A DNA stretch of 20,401 nucleotides from a virus (IMGVR_UViG_2513237219_000003), one strand, 5' to 3'; counted from the stretch's first letter, positions 7,796 through 16,546 are shown. Numbers and translations: made by a program. The notes: generated by a model from the sequence alone, not told the origin.

Positions 7796-7882
7796 GTGAG
7801 CACGAATCTGATTTTCAAGGAGTGTCGCCAGAGTGCCGCGATGAAGCGGGTGTTGGCATTTTATCGCGGCAATTTTCAATAG
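7796..7882 (+). CDS. Hypothetical 28-aa ORF just past the bet deletion junction
   Basis: GTG start preceded by GGAAGGAAAG; translation VSTNLIFKECRQSAAMKRVLAFYRGNFQ; may correspond to a small DLP12-type ORF upstream of ybcN, but that could not be confirmed. Confidence 0.2.
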   Translation: MSTNLIFKECRQSAAMKRVLAFYRGNFQ

Positions 7883-7919
7883 ACTATGTACATAAAAATA
7901 TCATTTTTTTAATACATGT

Positions 7920-8111
7920 CTAATTATTGGACGAAATTGGTTTTTGCTTTGGTTTAGTTAGCCTAGCAATCAAGCCAGAGGCAATAATGATGATCCAAGC
8001 AATTTGATGCAATGCTACTCCAATATAAGAACCTTTATAGATAATAAAGGCATAGATCGCTAGAAACGAAATAAATATCCATAACGAAAGTTGATAAATT
8101 TTGGCGCGCAT
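7920..8111 (-). CDS. Hypothetical small membrane protein (about 63 aa, two predicted transmembrane helices, basic C-terminal tail)
   Basis: ORF with internal ATG start (MRAKIYQLSLWIFISFLAIYAFIIYKGSYIGVALHQIAWIIIIASGLIARLTKPKQKPISSNN); the longer track ORF begins at a TTG; very AT-rich; weak Shine-Dalgarno. Confidence 0.3.
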   Translation of the reverse strand: MRAKIYQLSLWIFISFLAIYAFIIYKGSYIGVALHQIAWIIIIASGLIARLTKPKQKPISSNN

Positions 8112-8367
8112 ATTTAATCCAATCAATCAGAAAGACGAGTAATCATAGAGGTACTATCACCCGGGTAACTATTGCTATTATGAACGGATAGGATAGAGGC
8201 TTCAATAACATATGCATCAAGTATGATGGAATATGTAGGTGAAAATGACTTGTGTCAAATTTGTGGAAATGAGTACCATGTTTCTCTGAAATTGATGTCG
8301 TTAATGGCTAGTGATAGTGAACTTTTTTACTTTATAATTCCTTTGGTTATAACAATAAGGTAAATTT

Positions 8368-8928
8368 ATGAAGAAGATAATATTATTAGCCATGATTATT
8401 GGTTCTTTAACAGGTTGCGCTAGTGTGCCACCATTGAATTTTTCAACACCTAACGTGGGAGTTAGCCAGAAAAAAATAGATGCTGAAATTAAGTCATTAA
8501 CGGTATCACTTGCTCGTCCAGATGAGCAGAAAGGGGATATCACTGCTGGTATGGAGGCTATAACTCCAATTTGGCGTGAATCTTTGCAGGAAGCACTCGA
8601 CCGAATGACTATTTTTCGTGATAGTTCACCAAATACGGTTAGCTTAAATGTTAAAGTGTTGGCTCTTGACGTTCCTGCTTTTGGTGTTTCAATGACAACT
8701 AAAGCAATTGCAAGGTATGAAATAATCAACCGTGCGAATGGTGATATTATATATACGCAGGATATTGAGTCTACCGGTACTGTTCCAGCCAGTTACGCAT
8801 TCTACGGTATTGTTCGAGCACGCGAATCTGTTAATCGCGCGGTGCAAAACAACATAACGCAGTTCTTGCAAGCATTAGAAAGTGTTGATCTTTCTCGTCC
8901 AATGTTTCCTGTTAGGGTAGCTAAATGA
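8368..8928 (+). CDS. Hypothetical outer-membrane lipoprotein, 186 aa (first gene of a two-lipoprotein operon)
   Basis: ATG with AAGG Shine-Dalgarno 7 nt upstream; signal peptide MKKIILLAMIIGSLTGC with lipobox LTGC and Ala at +2; AT-rich; stop overlaps the start of the next gene (ATGA). Confidence 0.75.
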   Translation: MKKIILLAMIIGSLTGCASVPPLNFSTPNVGVSQKKIDAEIKSLTVSLARPDEQKGDITAGMEAITPIWRESLQEALDRMTIFRDSSPNTVSLNVKVLALDVPAFGVSMTTKAIARYEIINRANGDIIYTQDIESTGTVPASYAFYGIVRARESVNRAVQNNITQFLQALESVDLSRPMFPVRVAK

Positions 8929-9377
8929 AGCGATTATTCGTAATTGCTCCACTCTTAGTGTTGGTTGGATGCGCACAAAATATATCGCCAAATAGTTATT
9001 CTGTTGGCTCTGTGGGCATGGTTAATCGAACTATCGCTGGTACAGTTATTAGTGCTAGGGGGGTTGATATCAGTGGGACTTCCGCGTTAGGCGGGACTGC
9101 TGGGGCTGCCGTGGGGGCAACCGCTGGTTCTGCGCTTGGTGGGGGAGTTCGTTCTAATATCGTTGGTGCCGTTGGTGGTGCAGTCATTGGTGGTATTGCC
9201 GGGGCAGCAATCGAATCTTCAGCAACAAAACAAACAGGCATGGAATATGTTGTCGAAACTGAGAATGGGAATTTAATGACCATTGTTCAAGGCAAAGATC
9301 CGTTATTTACTCAAGGAAGTAAGGTCCTTGTTTTATACGGAAACCCTTCTCGCATAATAACAGACCCGCGTCACTAA
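8925..9377 (+). CDS. SlyB/Pcp-like glycine-zipper outer-membrane lipoprotein, 150 aa
   Basis: Lipobox LVGC; central Gly/Ala zipper (GTSALGGTAGAAVGATAGSALGGGVRSNIVGAVGGAVIGGIAGAAI) and C-terminal region laid out like E. coli SlyB as recalled; translationally coupled to the upstream lipoprotein gene. Confidence 0.8.
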   Translation: MKRLFVIAPLLVLVGCAQNISPNSYSVGSVGMVNRTIAGTVISARGVDISGTSALGGTAGAAVGATAGSALGGGVRSNIVGAVGGAVIGGIAGAAIESSATKQTGMEYVVETENGNLMTIVQGKDPLFTQGSKVLVLYGNPSRIITDPRH

Positions 9378-9567
9378 CATACCTTTTGATTTTGTAAAAT
9401 CAATTCGTAATAATAAAGTCATCGGAGCTTGAACAACTCCGGTGACTTCTGCGCTAAACGGGGACGTTTATGCGCACATACAATCCAAACTCTCTTCTCC
9501 CTTCACAGATGCAGAAATGCACCTGCGATTTTTTGCATCCAGCGTCTGACCTCTGCGGAGGTGAAGC

Positions 9568-10023
9568 GTGAACCTACCACAAGATGGCATCAAACTGCAT
9601 CGCGGTAACTTCACCGCTATCGGCCAGCAGATCCAGCCTTATCTGGAGGACGGAAAATGCTTTCGCATGGTGCTTAAACCGTGGCGTGAGAAACGCAGTC
9701 TTTCCCAGAATGCACTCAGCCACATGTGGTACAGCGAAATCAGTGAATACCTCATCAGCAGGGGGAAATCGTTCGCTACCGCAGCATGGGTAAAAGATGC
9801 TCTCAAACACACATACCTCGGTTATGAAACCAAGGACCTGGTTGATGTCGTAACCGGCGAAATCACTACTATCCAGTCGTTACGCCATACCTCCGATCTT
9901 GATACCGGAGAGATGTATATCTTCCTGTGTAAGGTTGAAGCCTGGGCGGTGAATATTGGCTGCCACCTGACTATTCCGCAGAGCTGCGAGTTCCAGCAGC
10001 TCCGCGACAAACAGGAGGCGTAA
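9568..10023 (+). CDS. ybcN: YbcN-family DLP12-type prophage protein, 151 aa
   Basis: Translation matches K-12 DLP12 YbcN as recalled; GTG start with GGAGGTGA Shine-Dalgarno. Confidence 0.9.
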   Translation: MNLPQDGIKLHRGNFTAIGQQIQPYLEDGKCFRMVLKPWREKRSLSQNALSHMWYSEISEYLISRGKSFATAAWVKDALKHTYLGYETKDLVDVVTGEITTIQSLRHTSDLDTGEMYIFLCKVEAWAVNIGCHLTIPQSCEFQQLRDKQEA

Positions 10024-10193
10024 TGGCTACACCGCTTATTCGTGTCATGAACGGACACATCTACAGAGTACCAAATCGTCGTAAGCGTAAACCGGAGCTG
10101 AAGCCTTCCGAAATACCAACACTGCTCGGATATACCGCCAGCCTGGTTGATAAAAAATGGTTGCGACTGGCAGCAAGGAGGAGTCATGGCTGA
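10023..10193 (+). CDS. ninE: NinE-family protein, 56 aa
   Basis: ATG overlapping the ybcN stop (TAATG); translation [56 protein letters not shown]; not in the ORF track (under 60 aa). Confidence 0.8.
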   Translation: MATPLIRVMNGHIYRVPNRRKRKPELKPSEIPTLLGYTASLVDKKWLRLAARRSHG

Positions 10194-10476
10194 TTTGAGA
10201 AAAGCAGCGCGTGGTCGGGAATGCCAGGTAAGAATCCCTGGCGTATGTAATGGCAACCCTGAAACGTCTGTACTGGCACATATCCGGCTGACTGGATTGT
10301 GCGGCACCGGTACGAAACCGCCAGACCTGATTGCCACCATTGCATGTTCTGCCTGCCACGACGAAATCGACCGCCGCACACATTTTGTCGATGCTGCATA
10401 TGCAAAAGAATGCGCGCTGGAAGGTATGGCGAGAACACAGGTTATCTGGCTGAAAGAGGGGGTTATTAAGGCGTGA
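10186..10476 (+). CDS. ybcO: YbcO (DUF1364) putative nuclease, 96 aa
   Basis: ATG at 10186 with AGGAGG Shine-Dalgarno; translation from [26 protein letters not shown]… matches DLP12 YbcO; Cys-rich motif; the longer track ORF starts upstream inside ninE. Confidence 0.85.
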   Translation: MADLRKAARGRECQVRIPGVCNGNPETSVLAHIRLTGLCGTGTKPPDLIATIACSACHDEIDRRTHFVDAAYAKECALEGMARTQVIWLKEGVIKA

Positions 10477-10835
10477 ATACCTACAGCATCACATTACCCT
10501 GGCCTCCGAGCAATAATCGCTATTACCGCCATAATCGCGGGCGCACACACATCAGCGCAGAAGGGCAGGCATACCGCGATAACGTCACCCGAATCATTAA
10601 AAACGCAATGCTGGATATCGGCCTGGCTATGCCAGTGAAAATCCGTATTGAGTGCCACATGCCGGATCGCCGTCGCCGTGACCTGGATAATCTGCAAAAA
10701 GCCGCTTTTGACGCACTCACCAAAGCAGGTTTCTGGCTGGATGATGCTCAGGTCGTTGATTACCGCGTTGTGAAGATGCCTGTTACCAAAGGTGGGAGGC
10801 TGGAACTGACCATCACCGAAATGGGGAATGAATGA
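10473..10835 (+). CDS. rusA: RusA Holliday-junction resolvase, 120 aa
   Basis: Translation matches DLP12 RusA nearly residue for residue; GTG start overlapping the ybcO stop. Confidence 0.95.
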   Translation: MNTYSITLPWPPSNNRYYRHNRGRTHISAEGQAYRDNVTRIIKNAMLDIGLAMPVKIRIECHMPDRRRRDLDNLQKAAFDALTKAGFWLDDAQVVDYRVVKMPVTKGGRLELTITEMGNE

Positions 10836-10972
10836 TGTTTGAGTTTAATATGGCAGAACTTCTTCGCCACCGCTGGATGCGCCTGCGCTTATATCGTTTC
10901 CCCAGTTCTGTTTTGACCGATTACCGAATACTGAGGAATTACGCCAAAACCCTGACAGGAGCAGGAGTATGA
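10832..10972 (+). CDS. ylcG: YlcG-like small protein, 46 aa
   Basis: ATG overlapping the rusA stop; translation [46 protein letters not shown]; position downstream of rusA as in DLP12. Confidence 0.7.
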   Translation: MMFEFNMAELLRHRWMRLRLYRFPSSVLTDYRILRNYAKTLTGAGV

Positions 10973-11057
10973 AGTCAGAGATAACAATCAACTAATACTG
11001 TTTTATTGATTTTTGCTTGTAATTGGCGTTCTGGTCTGATTTTTGTGGAGTAAGTTG

Positions 11058-11441
11058 ATGCGTGATATTCAGATGGTTCTTGAGCGTTGGGGAGCGTGGG
11101 CGGCTAATAATCATGAAGATGTGACCTGGTCGTCCATTGCCGCCGGTTTTAAGGGATTAATTACTTCAAAAGTAAAATCTCGCCCGCAATGTTGTGACGA
11201 TGACGCGATGATCATTTGCGGGTGCATGGCCCGTCTGAAAAAGAACAACAGCGATTTGCACGATTTATTAGTAGATTATTATGTAGTCGGTATGACATTC
11301 ATGTCACTGGCAGGTAAGCATTGCTGCTCTGATGGTTATATCGGGAAAAGGTTACAGAAGGCTGAGGGTATAATTGAAGGGATGTTAATGGCATTAGATA
11401 TCCGGTTAGAGATGGATATCGTTGTTAATAACTCTAATTAA
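11058..11441 (+). CDS. quuD: Q-family late-gene antiterminator (phage-21 / DLP12 type), 127 aa
   Basis: Translation [24 protein letters not shown]… matches DLP12 QuuD as recalled; ATG with GTGGAG Shine-Dalgarno; Cys-rich zinc-binding region. Confidence 0.9.
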   Translation: MRDIQMVLERWGAWAANNHEDVTWSSIAAGFKGLITSKVKSRPQCCDDDAMIICGCMARLKKNNSDLHDLLVDYYVVGMTFMSLAGKHCCSDGYIGKRLQKAEGIIEGMLMALDIRLEMDIVVNNSN

Positions 11442-11468
11442 TATGCCAATTGTTTACTAAAAATTATT

Positions 11469-11492
11469 AAAAATGGGGCGTTGAGACGCCCC
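11469..11492 (-). terminator. Intrinsic terminator for the nmpC transcript (minus-strand sense)
   Basis: 6-bp GC stem GGGGCG/CGCCCC with 6-nt loop, followed on the minus strand by ATTTTT. Confidence 0.6.
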
Positions 11493-11629
11493 CAAAAATA
11501 AAGGGTAATATATAACAGAAGGTTTATATAGTTAGAAGCAAGGTTGTGCTCCTAAAGGAAGTGGCTTGAGGGAGCCACTTATATGTTGGGGAGGCAAAGC
11601 CTCCCGCAACATATCTTTTAGTAATCAAA
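11469..11629 (-). ncRNA. ipeX: Structured 3' region of the nmpC transcript; candidate IpeX-like small RNA
   Basis: About 160 nt between the nmpC stop and the terminator, holding two further perfect hairpins (GGGAGGC/GCCTCCC and AAGTGGCT/AGCCACTT). Assignment rests on recall that the IpeX sRNA lies just 3' of nmpC in DLP12. Confidence 0.4.
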
Positions 11630-12712
11630 TTAGAACTGGTAAACCATACCTACAGCAACGATATCATCGGTAGCAACGCCAGATGCTTTCGTGAAATCGC
11701 TCTTATCAATCAGGTTGATTTTGTAATCAACAAAAGTGGACATATTTTTGTTGAAGTAATAGGTTGCACCTACATCAATATATTCAACCAGGTCCTGATC
11801 ACCCCACGCACCCAAGTCTTTTCCTTTAGATTGCAGGTAAGCAACGGACGGACGCAGACCGAAGTCGAACTGATATTGTGCAACTACTTCGAAGTTTTGT
11901 GCTTTGTTGGCAATATGGTTATTACCAAAAACAGTCATGTTCTGGGTTTCAGAATAGGTGGTAGCCAGATAGATGTTGTTCGCATCATATTTCAGACCAG
12001 CTGCCCATACTTCAGCATTTTGACCAGATGCATTCAGGCTGTTGTTACCGTAGATAACCTGATTATTAGTGCGGTCAGATTTAGCATAGGTTGCACCTAC
12101 ACCGAATCCTTCATACTCATAAGTAGTGGAGAAACCGAAACCATCACCATTAGCTTCAGTTACGTCAGTGCGGTCATTTTTACCCTGATACTGAGCAGCA
12201 AAGTTCAGACCATCAACCAGACCAAAGAAGTCATTGTTACGATAAGTTGCAACACCTGTGGTGCGACCAGTCATGAATACATCTGTTTGGGTCCAGGTAT
12301 CGCCACCGAATTCTGGCAGAACGTCGGTCCATGCACCAATATCGTATGCTACACCGTAGTTACGGCCATAATCGATGGAGCCGTAGTCACCGAATTTCAG
12401 GCCAGCGAAGGCAAGACGGGTTTTATCTTTGGAGGAACCTTGAGATTCAGCGCGGTTGCCTTTGAATTCATATTCCCACTGACCGAAACCAGTCAGTTGA
12501 TCGTTGATTTGGGTTTCACCTTTGAAGCCAAGACGGGCATAAGTAGTATCACCATCATCTGCATCATTAGAGGAGAAGTAGTGCTTAGCATTAACTTTCC
12601 CGTACAGATCCAGCTTGTTACTGTCTTTATTATAAATTTCAGCTGCCTGAGCAGACATCGCCATCAGTACTGATGCAGCTACAGCAGAAATTGCCACTGT
12701 TAATTTTTTCAT
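11630..12712 (-). CDS. nmpC: NmpC/OmpD-family general porin, apparently intact (360 aa with signal peptide)
   Basis: Translation matches the NmpC/OmpC porin family with signal peptide [23 protein letters not shown] and C-terminal …VAVGMVYQF; the track ORF starts 20 codons upstream, but the MKKL start fits the signal peptide. Confidence 0.9.
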   Translation of the reverse strand: MKKLTVAISAVAASVLMAMSAQAAEIYNKDSNKLDLYGKVNAKHYFSSNDADDGDTTYARLGFKGETQINDQLTGFGQWEYEFKGNRAESQGSSKDKTRLAFAGLKFGDYGSIDYGRNYGVAYDIGAWTDVLPEFGGDTWTQTDVFMTGRTTGVATYRNNDFFGLVDGLNFAAQYQGKNDRTDVTEANGDGFGFSTTYEYEGFGVGATYAKSDRTNNQVIYGNNSLNASGQNAEVWAAGLKYDANNIYLATTYSETQNMTVFGNNHIANKAQNFEVVAQYQFDFGLRPSVAYLQSKGKDLGAWGDQDLVEYIDVGATYYFNKNMSTFVDYKINLIDKSDFTKASGVATDDIVAVGMVYQF

Positions 12713-13139
12713 CGTGAGCCCTTTTTTTGAACTATTATTAAAAAATGATGTCACTGCGCGATAAATATTCATCTAATCAATGTGATTATTTCAAGATGTA
12801 AGTTTTGGTTTCTCATTTGATTTGTGAAGTAGATCTCTATTTTTATCTGAACTTTTTCTATCGAATCCTATTCATGGCTCTTGGCTGAATAAAAATAAAT
12901 CTATTAGCCAATTTATATTAATGGCTGTTATTTATAAGTGCTCTATAATTTGAAGATTCAATTTAAACCAGCTAAAAATAACGCTGGAAATTATTTGTTG
13001 GTTATTTGTTGAGATTTGCTTATGTATTTGTAGTGGTGTTTTCAATACTCGGTAGCATTCTCGCAAATATCATTTAGTGGTTTACGTACGTAAAAAATTG
13101 GTTATGCTGTTAAGAGTGGTTACTTCGTCACACAGCTTA

Positions 13140-13170
13140 AACCCGCCGTCGAGCGGGTTTTTCCATTTTT
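13140..13170 (+). terminator. Intrinsic terminator upstream of the lysis genes; candidate tR'-like site
   Basis: 7-bp stem AACCCGC/GCGGGTT with 6-nt loop followed by a T-rich tract (TTTTCCATTTTTT), about 130 nt upstream of essD. Confidence 0.55.
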
Positions 13171-13299
13171 TGAGTCTCGATATTAGCTGATAACCCAATA
13201 CCTGAGTTATTCACTGACTCCGAGTCTGTTACGTTTCTGCTTTTTTGCGATACGTTGTATTCCCTCAATTTACACCCGCTTTGTCTGCGAGGTGGGGTT

Positions 13300-13515
13300 A
13301 TGAAATCCATGGATAAGTTAACAACGGGTGTCGCCTATGGCACCTCAGCAGGTAGTGCCGGTTACTGGTTTTTACAGCTGCTCGATAAAGTCACGCCCTC
13401 ACAGTGGGCAGCAATAGGTGTGCTGGGTAGCCTGGTATTTGGCCTGCTGACGTACCTGACAAACCTTTATTTCAAGATTAAAGAAGATAAGCGCAAGGCT
13501 GCGAGAGGTGAATAA
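13300..13515 (+). CDS. essD: S21-type class II holin (pinholin) with dual-start motif, 71 aa
   Basis: Translation [71 protein letters not shown] matches phage-21 S / DLP12 EssD; Met1 and Met4 fit antiholin/holin dual starts; strong Shine-Dalgarno. Confidence 0.9.
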
Positions 13516-14012
13516 TGCCTCCATCATTACGAAAAGCCGTTGCTGCTGCTATTGGTGGCGGAGCAATTGCTATAGCATCAGTGTTAATTACTGGCCCAAG
13601 TGGTAACGATGGTCTGGAAGGTGTCAGCTACGTACCATACAAAGATATCGTTGGCGTATGGACTGTATGTCACGGACACACCGGAAAAGACATCATGCTC
13701 GGTAAAACGTATACCAAAGCAGAATGCAAAGCACTCTTGAATAAAGACCTTGCCACTGTCGCCAGACAAATTAACCCGTACATCAAAGTCGATATACCGG
13801 AAACAACGCGCGGCGCTCTTTACTCATTCGTTTACAACGTGGGTGCTGGCAATTTCAGAACATCGACGCTTCTTCGCAAAATAAACCAGGGCGATATCAA
13901 AGGCGCATGTGATCAGCTACGTCGCTGGACATATGCTGGCGGTAAGCAATGGAAAGGTCTCATGACTCGTCGTGAGATTGAGCGTGAAATCTGTTTGTGG
14001 GGTCAGCAATGA
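13515..14012 (+). CDS. rrrD: SAR endolysin (lysozyme, R21 type), 165 aa
   Basis: Translation matches DLP12 RrrD; N-terminal Gly/Ala-rich signal-arrest-release segment; start overlaps the essD stop (TAATG). Confidence 0.95.
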   Translation: MPPSLRKAVAAAIGGGAIAIASVLITGPSGNDGLEGVSYVPYKDIVGVWTVCHGHTGKDIMLGKTYTKAECKALLNKDLATVARQINPYIKVDIPETTRGALYSFVYNVGAGNFRTSTLLRKINQGDIKGACDQLRRWTYAGGKQWKGLMTRREIEREICLWGQQ

Positions 14013-14470
14013 ACAGAGTAACCGCGATTATCTCCGCTCTGGTTATCTGCATCATCGTCTACCTGTCATGGGCTGTTAATCATTACCGTGATAACGCCAT
14101 TACCTACAAAGCCCAGCGCGACAAAAATGCCAGAGAACTGAAGCTGGCGAACGCGGCAATTACTGACATGCAGATGCGTCAGCGTGATGTTGCTGCGCTC
14201 GATGCAAAATACACGAAGGAGTTAGCTGATGCGAAAGCTGAAAATGATGCTCTGCGTGATGATGTTGCCGCTGGTCGTCGTCGGTTGCACATCAAAGCAG
14301 TCTGTCAGTCAGTGCGTGAAGCCACCACCGCCTCCGGCGTGGATAATGCAGCCTCCCCCCGACTGGCAGACACCGCTGAACGGGATTATTTCACCCTCAG
14401 AGAGAGGCTGATCACTATGCAAAAACAACTGGAAGGAACCCAGAAGTATATTAATGAGCAGTGCAGATAG
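14009..14470 (+). CDS. rzpD: Rz-type inner-membrane spanin, 153 aa
   Basis: Translation from [29 protein letters not shown]… matches DLP12 RzpD; N-terminal transmembrane helix; ATGA overlap with rrrD. Confidence 0.9.
   Translation: MNRVTAIISALVICIIVYLSWAVNHYRDNAITYKAQRDKNARELKLANAAITDMQMRQRDVAALDAKYTKELADAKAENDALRDDVAAGRRRLHIKAVCQSVREATTASGVDNAASPRLADTAERDYFTLRERLITMQKQLEGTQKYINEQCR
14229..14411 (+). CDS. rzoD: Rz1-type outer-membrane lipoprotein spanin, nested in the +1 frame of rzpD, 60 aa
   Basis: Translation [24 protein letters not shown]…PPPPP… with lipobox VVGC and proline-rich region; wholly embedded in rzpD. Confidence 0.85.
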   Translation: MRKLKMMLCVMMLPLVVVGCTSKQSVSQCVKPPPPPAWIMQPPPDWQTPLNGIISPSERG

Positions 14471-14501
14471 AGTTGCCCATATCGATGGGCAACTCATGCA
14501 A

Positions 14502-14795
14502 TTATTGTGAGCAATACACACGCGCTTCCAGCGGAGTATAAATGCCTAAAGTAATAAAACCGAGCAATCCATTTACGAATGTTTGCTGGGTTTCTGTTTT
14601 AACAACATTTTCTGCGCCGCCACAAATTTTGGCTGCATCGACAGTTTTCTTCTGCCCAATTCCAGAAACGAAGAAATGATGGGTGATGGTTTCCTTTGGT
14701 GCTACTGCTGCCGGTTTGTTTTGAACAGTAAACGTCTGTTGAGCACATCCTGTAATAAGCAGGGCCAGCGCAGTAGCGAGTAGCATTTTTTTCAT
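14502..14795 (-). CDS. borD: Bor-family lipoprotein (serum-resistance-associated), 97 aa
   Basis: Translation matches lambda Bor / DLP12 BorD; lipobox ITGC. Confidence 0.9.
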   Translation of the reverse strand: MKKMLLATALALLITGCAQQTFTVQNKPAAVAPKETITHHFFVSGIGQKKTVDAAKICGGAENVVKTETQQTFVNGLLGFITLGIYTPLEARVYCSQ

Positions 14796-15085
14796 GGTGT
14801 TATTCCCGATGCTTTTTGAAGTTCGCAGAATCGTATGTGTAGAAAATTAAACAAACCCTAAACAATGAGTTGAAATTTCATATTGTTAATATTTATTAAT
14901 GTATGTCAGGTGCGATGAATCGTCATTGTATTCCCGGATTAACTATGTCCACAGCCCTGACGGGGAACTTCTCTGCGGGAGTGTCCGGGAATAATTAAAA
15001 ACGATGCACACAGGGTTTAGCGCGTACACGTATTGCATTATGCCAACGCCCCGGTGCTGACACGGAAGAAACCGGACGTTATGAT

Positions 15086-15538
15086 TTAGCGTGGAAAGAT
15101 TTGTGTAGTGTTCTGAATGCTCTCAGTAAATAGTAATGAATTATCAAAGGTATAGTAATATCTTTTATGTTCATGGATATTTGTAACCCATCGGAAAACT
15201 CCTGCTTTAGCAAGATTTTCCCTGTATTGCTGAAATGTGATTTCTCTTGATTTCAACCTATCATAGGACGTTTCTATAAGATGCGTGTTTCTTGAGAATT
15301 TAACATTTACAACCTTTTTAAGTCCTTTTATTAACACGGTGTTATCGTTTTCTAACACGATGTGAATATTATCTGTGGCTAGATAGTAAATATAATGTGA
15401 GACGTTGTGACGTTTTAGTTCAGAATAAAACAATTCACAGTTTAAATCTTTTCGCACTTGATCGAATATTTCTTTAAAAATGGCAACCTGAGCCATTGGT
15501 AAAACCTTCCATGTGATACGAGGGCGCGTAGTTTGCAT
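15086..15538 (-). CDS. ybcV: YbcV-family (DUF1398) protein; start uncertain
   Basis: Translation …[38 protein letters not shown]… matches DLP12 YbcV as recalled; the track ORF runs to 15619; candidate starts at 15538 or 15496. Confidence 0.8.
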   Translation of the reverse strand: MQTTRPRITWKVLPMAQVAIFKEIFDQVRKDLNCELFYSELKRHNVSHYIYYLATDNIHIVLENDNTVLIKGLKKVVNVKFSRNTHLIETSYDRLKSREITFQQYRENLAKAGVFRWVTNIHEHKRYYYTFDNSLLFTESIQNTTQIFPR

Positions 15539-15781
15539 TATCGTTTTTATCGTTTCAATCTGGTCTGACCTCTTTGTGTTTTGTTGATGATTTATGTCAA
15601 ATATTAGGAATGTTTTCACTTAATAGTATTGGTTGCGTAACAAAGTGCGGTCCTGCTGGCATTCTGGAGGGAAATACAACCGACAGATGTATGTAAGGCC
15701 AACGTGCTCAAATCTTCATACAGAAAGATTTGAAGTAATATTTTAACCGCTAGATGAAGAGCAAGCGCATGGAGCGACAAA

Positions 15782-15988
15782 ATGAATAAAGAACAATCTG
15801 CTGATGATCCCTCCGTGGATCTGATTCGTGTAAAAAATATGCTTAATAGCACCATTTCTATGAGTTACCCTGATGTTGTAATTGCATGTATAGAACATAA
15901 GGTGTCTCTGGAAGCATTCAGAGCAATTGAGGCAGCGTTGGTGAAGCACGATAATAATATGAAGGATTATTCCCTGGTGGTTGACTGA
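15782..15988 (+). CDS. ybcW: YbcW-like small protein, 68 aa
   Basis: ORF of the expected length and position (divergent from ybcV); translation [68 protein letters not shown]. Confidence 0.7.
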
Positions 15989-16152
15989 TCACCATAACTG
16001 CTAATCATTCAAACTATTTAGCCTGTGACAGAGCCAACACGCAGTCTGTCACTGTCAGGAAAGTGGTAAAACTGCAACTCAATTACTGCAATGCCCTCGT
16101 AATTAAGTGAATTTACAATATCGTCCTGTTCGGAGGGAAGAACGCGGGATGT

Positions 16153-16347
16153 TCATTCTTCATCACTTTTAATTGATGTATATGCTCTCTTTTCTGACGT
16201 TAGTCTCCGACGGCAGGCTTCAATGACCCAGGCTGAGAAATTCCCGGACCCTTTTTGCTCAAGAGCGATGTTAATTTGTTCAATCATTTGGTTAGGAAAG
16301 CGGATGTTGCGGGTTGTTGTTCTGCGGGTTCTGTTCTTCGTTGACAT
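16153..16347 (-). CDS. ylcI: YlcI-like (DUF3950) small protein, 64 aa
   Basis: Translation MSTKNRTRRTTTRNIRFPNQMIEQINIALEQKGSGNFSAWVIEACRRRLTSEKRAYTSIKSDEE; basic N-terminus and ribbon-helix-helix-like core. Confidence 0.65.
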   Translation of the reverse strand: MSTKNRTRRTTTRNIRFPNQMIEQINIALEQKGSGNFSAWVIEACRRRLTSEKRAYTSIKSDEE

Positions 16348-16546
16348 GAGGTTGCCCCGTATTCAGTGTCGCTGATTTGTATTGTCTGAAGTTGTTTTTA
16401 CGTTAAGTTGATGCAGATCAATTAATACGATACCTGCGTCATAATTGATTATTTGACGTGGTTTGATGGCGTAGATGCACGTTGTGACATGTAGATGATA
16501 ATTATTATCATTTTGCGGGTCCTTTCCGGCGATCCGACAGGTTACG

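Noticed and set aside
9822-10383. Minus-strand ORFs (185 and 112 codons) overlapping ybcN, ninE and ybcO
   Set aside because: Antisense to a chain of four translationally coupled, homology-supported plus-strand genes; no independent support.
11831-12673. 280-codon plus-strand ORF antisense to nmpC
   Set aside because: Fully embedded antisense to a well-supported porin gene; no ribosome-binding site; hydrophobic low-complexity translation typical of antisense porin frames.
15989-16152. 8-bp perfect inverted repeat GTGACAGA…TCTGTCAC with a 12-nt loop between ybcW and ylcI
   Set aside because: No adjacent U-tract on either strand and no recognisable operator consensus; could be a regulatory site but the sequence alone does not support a call.
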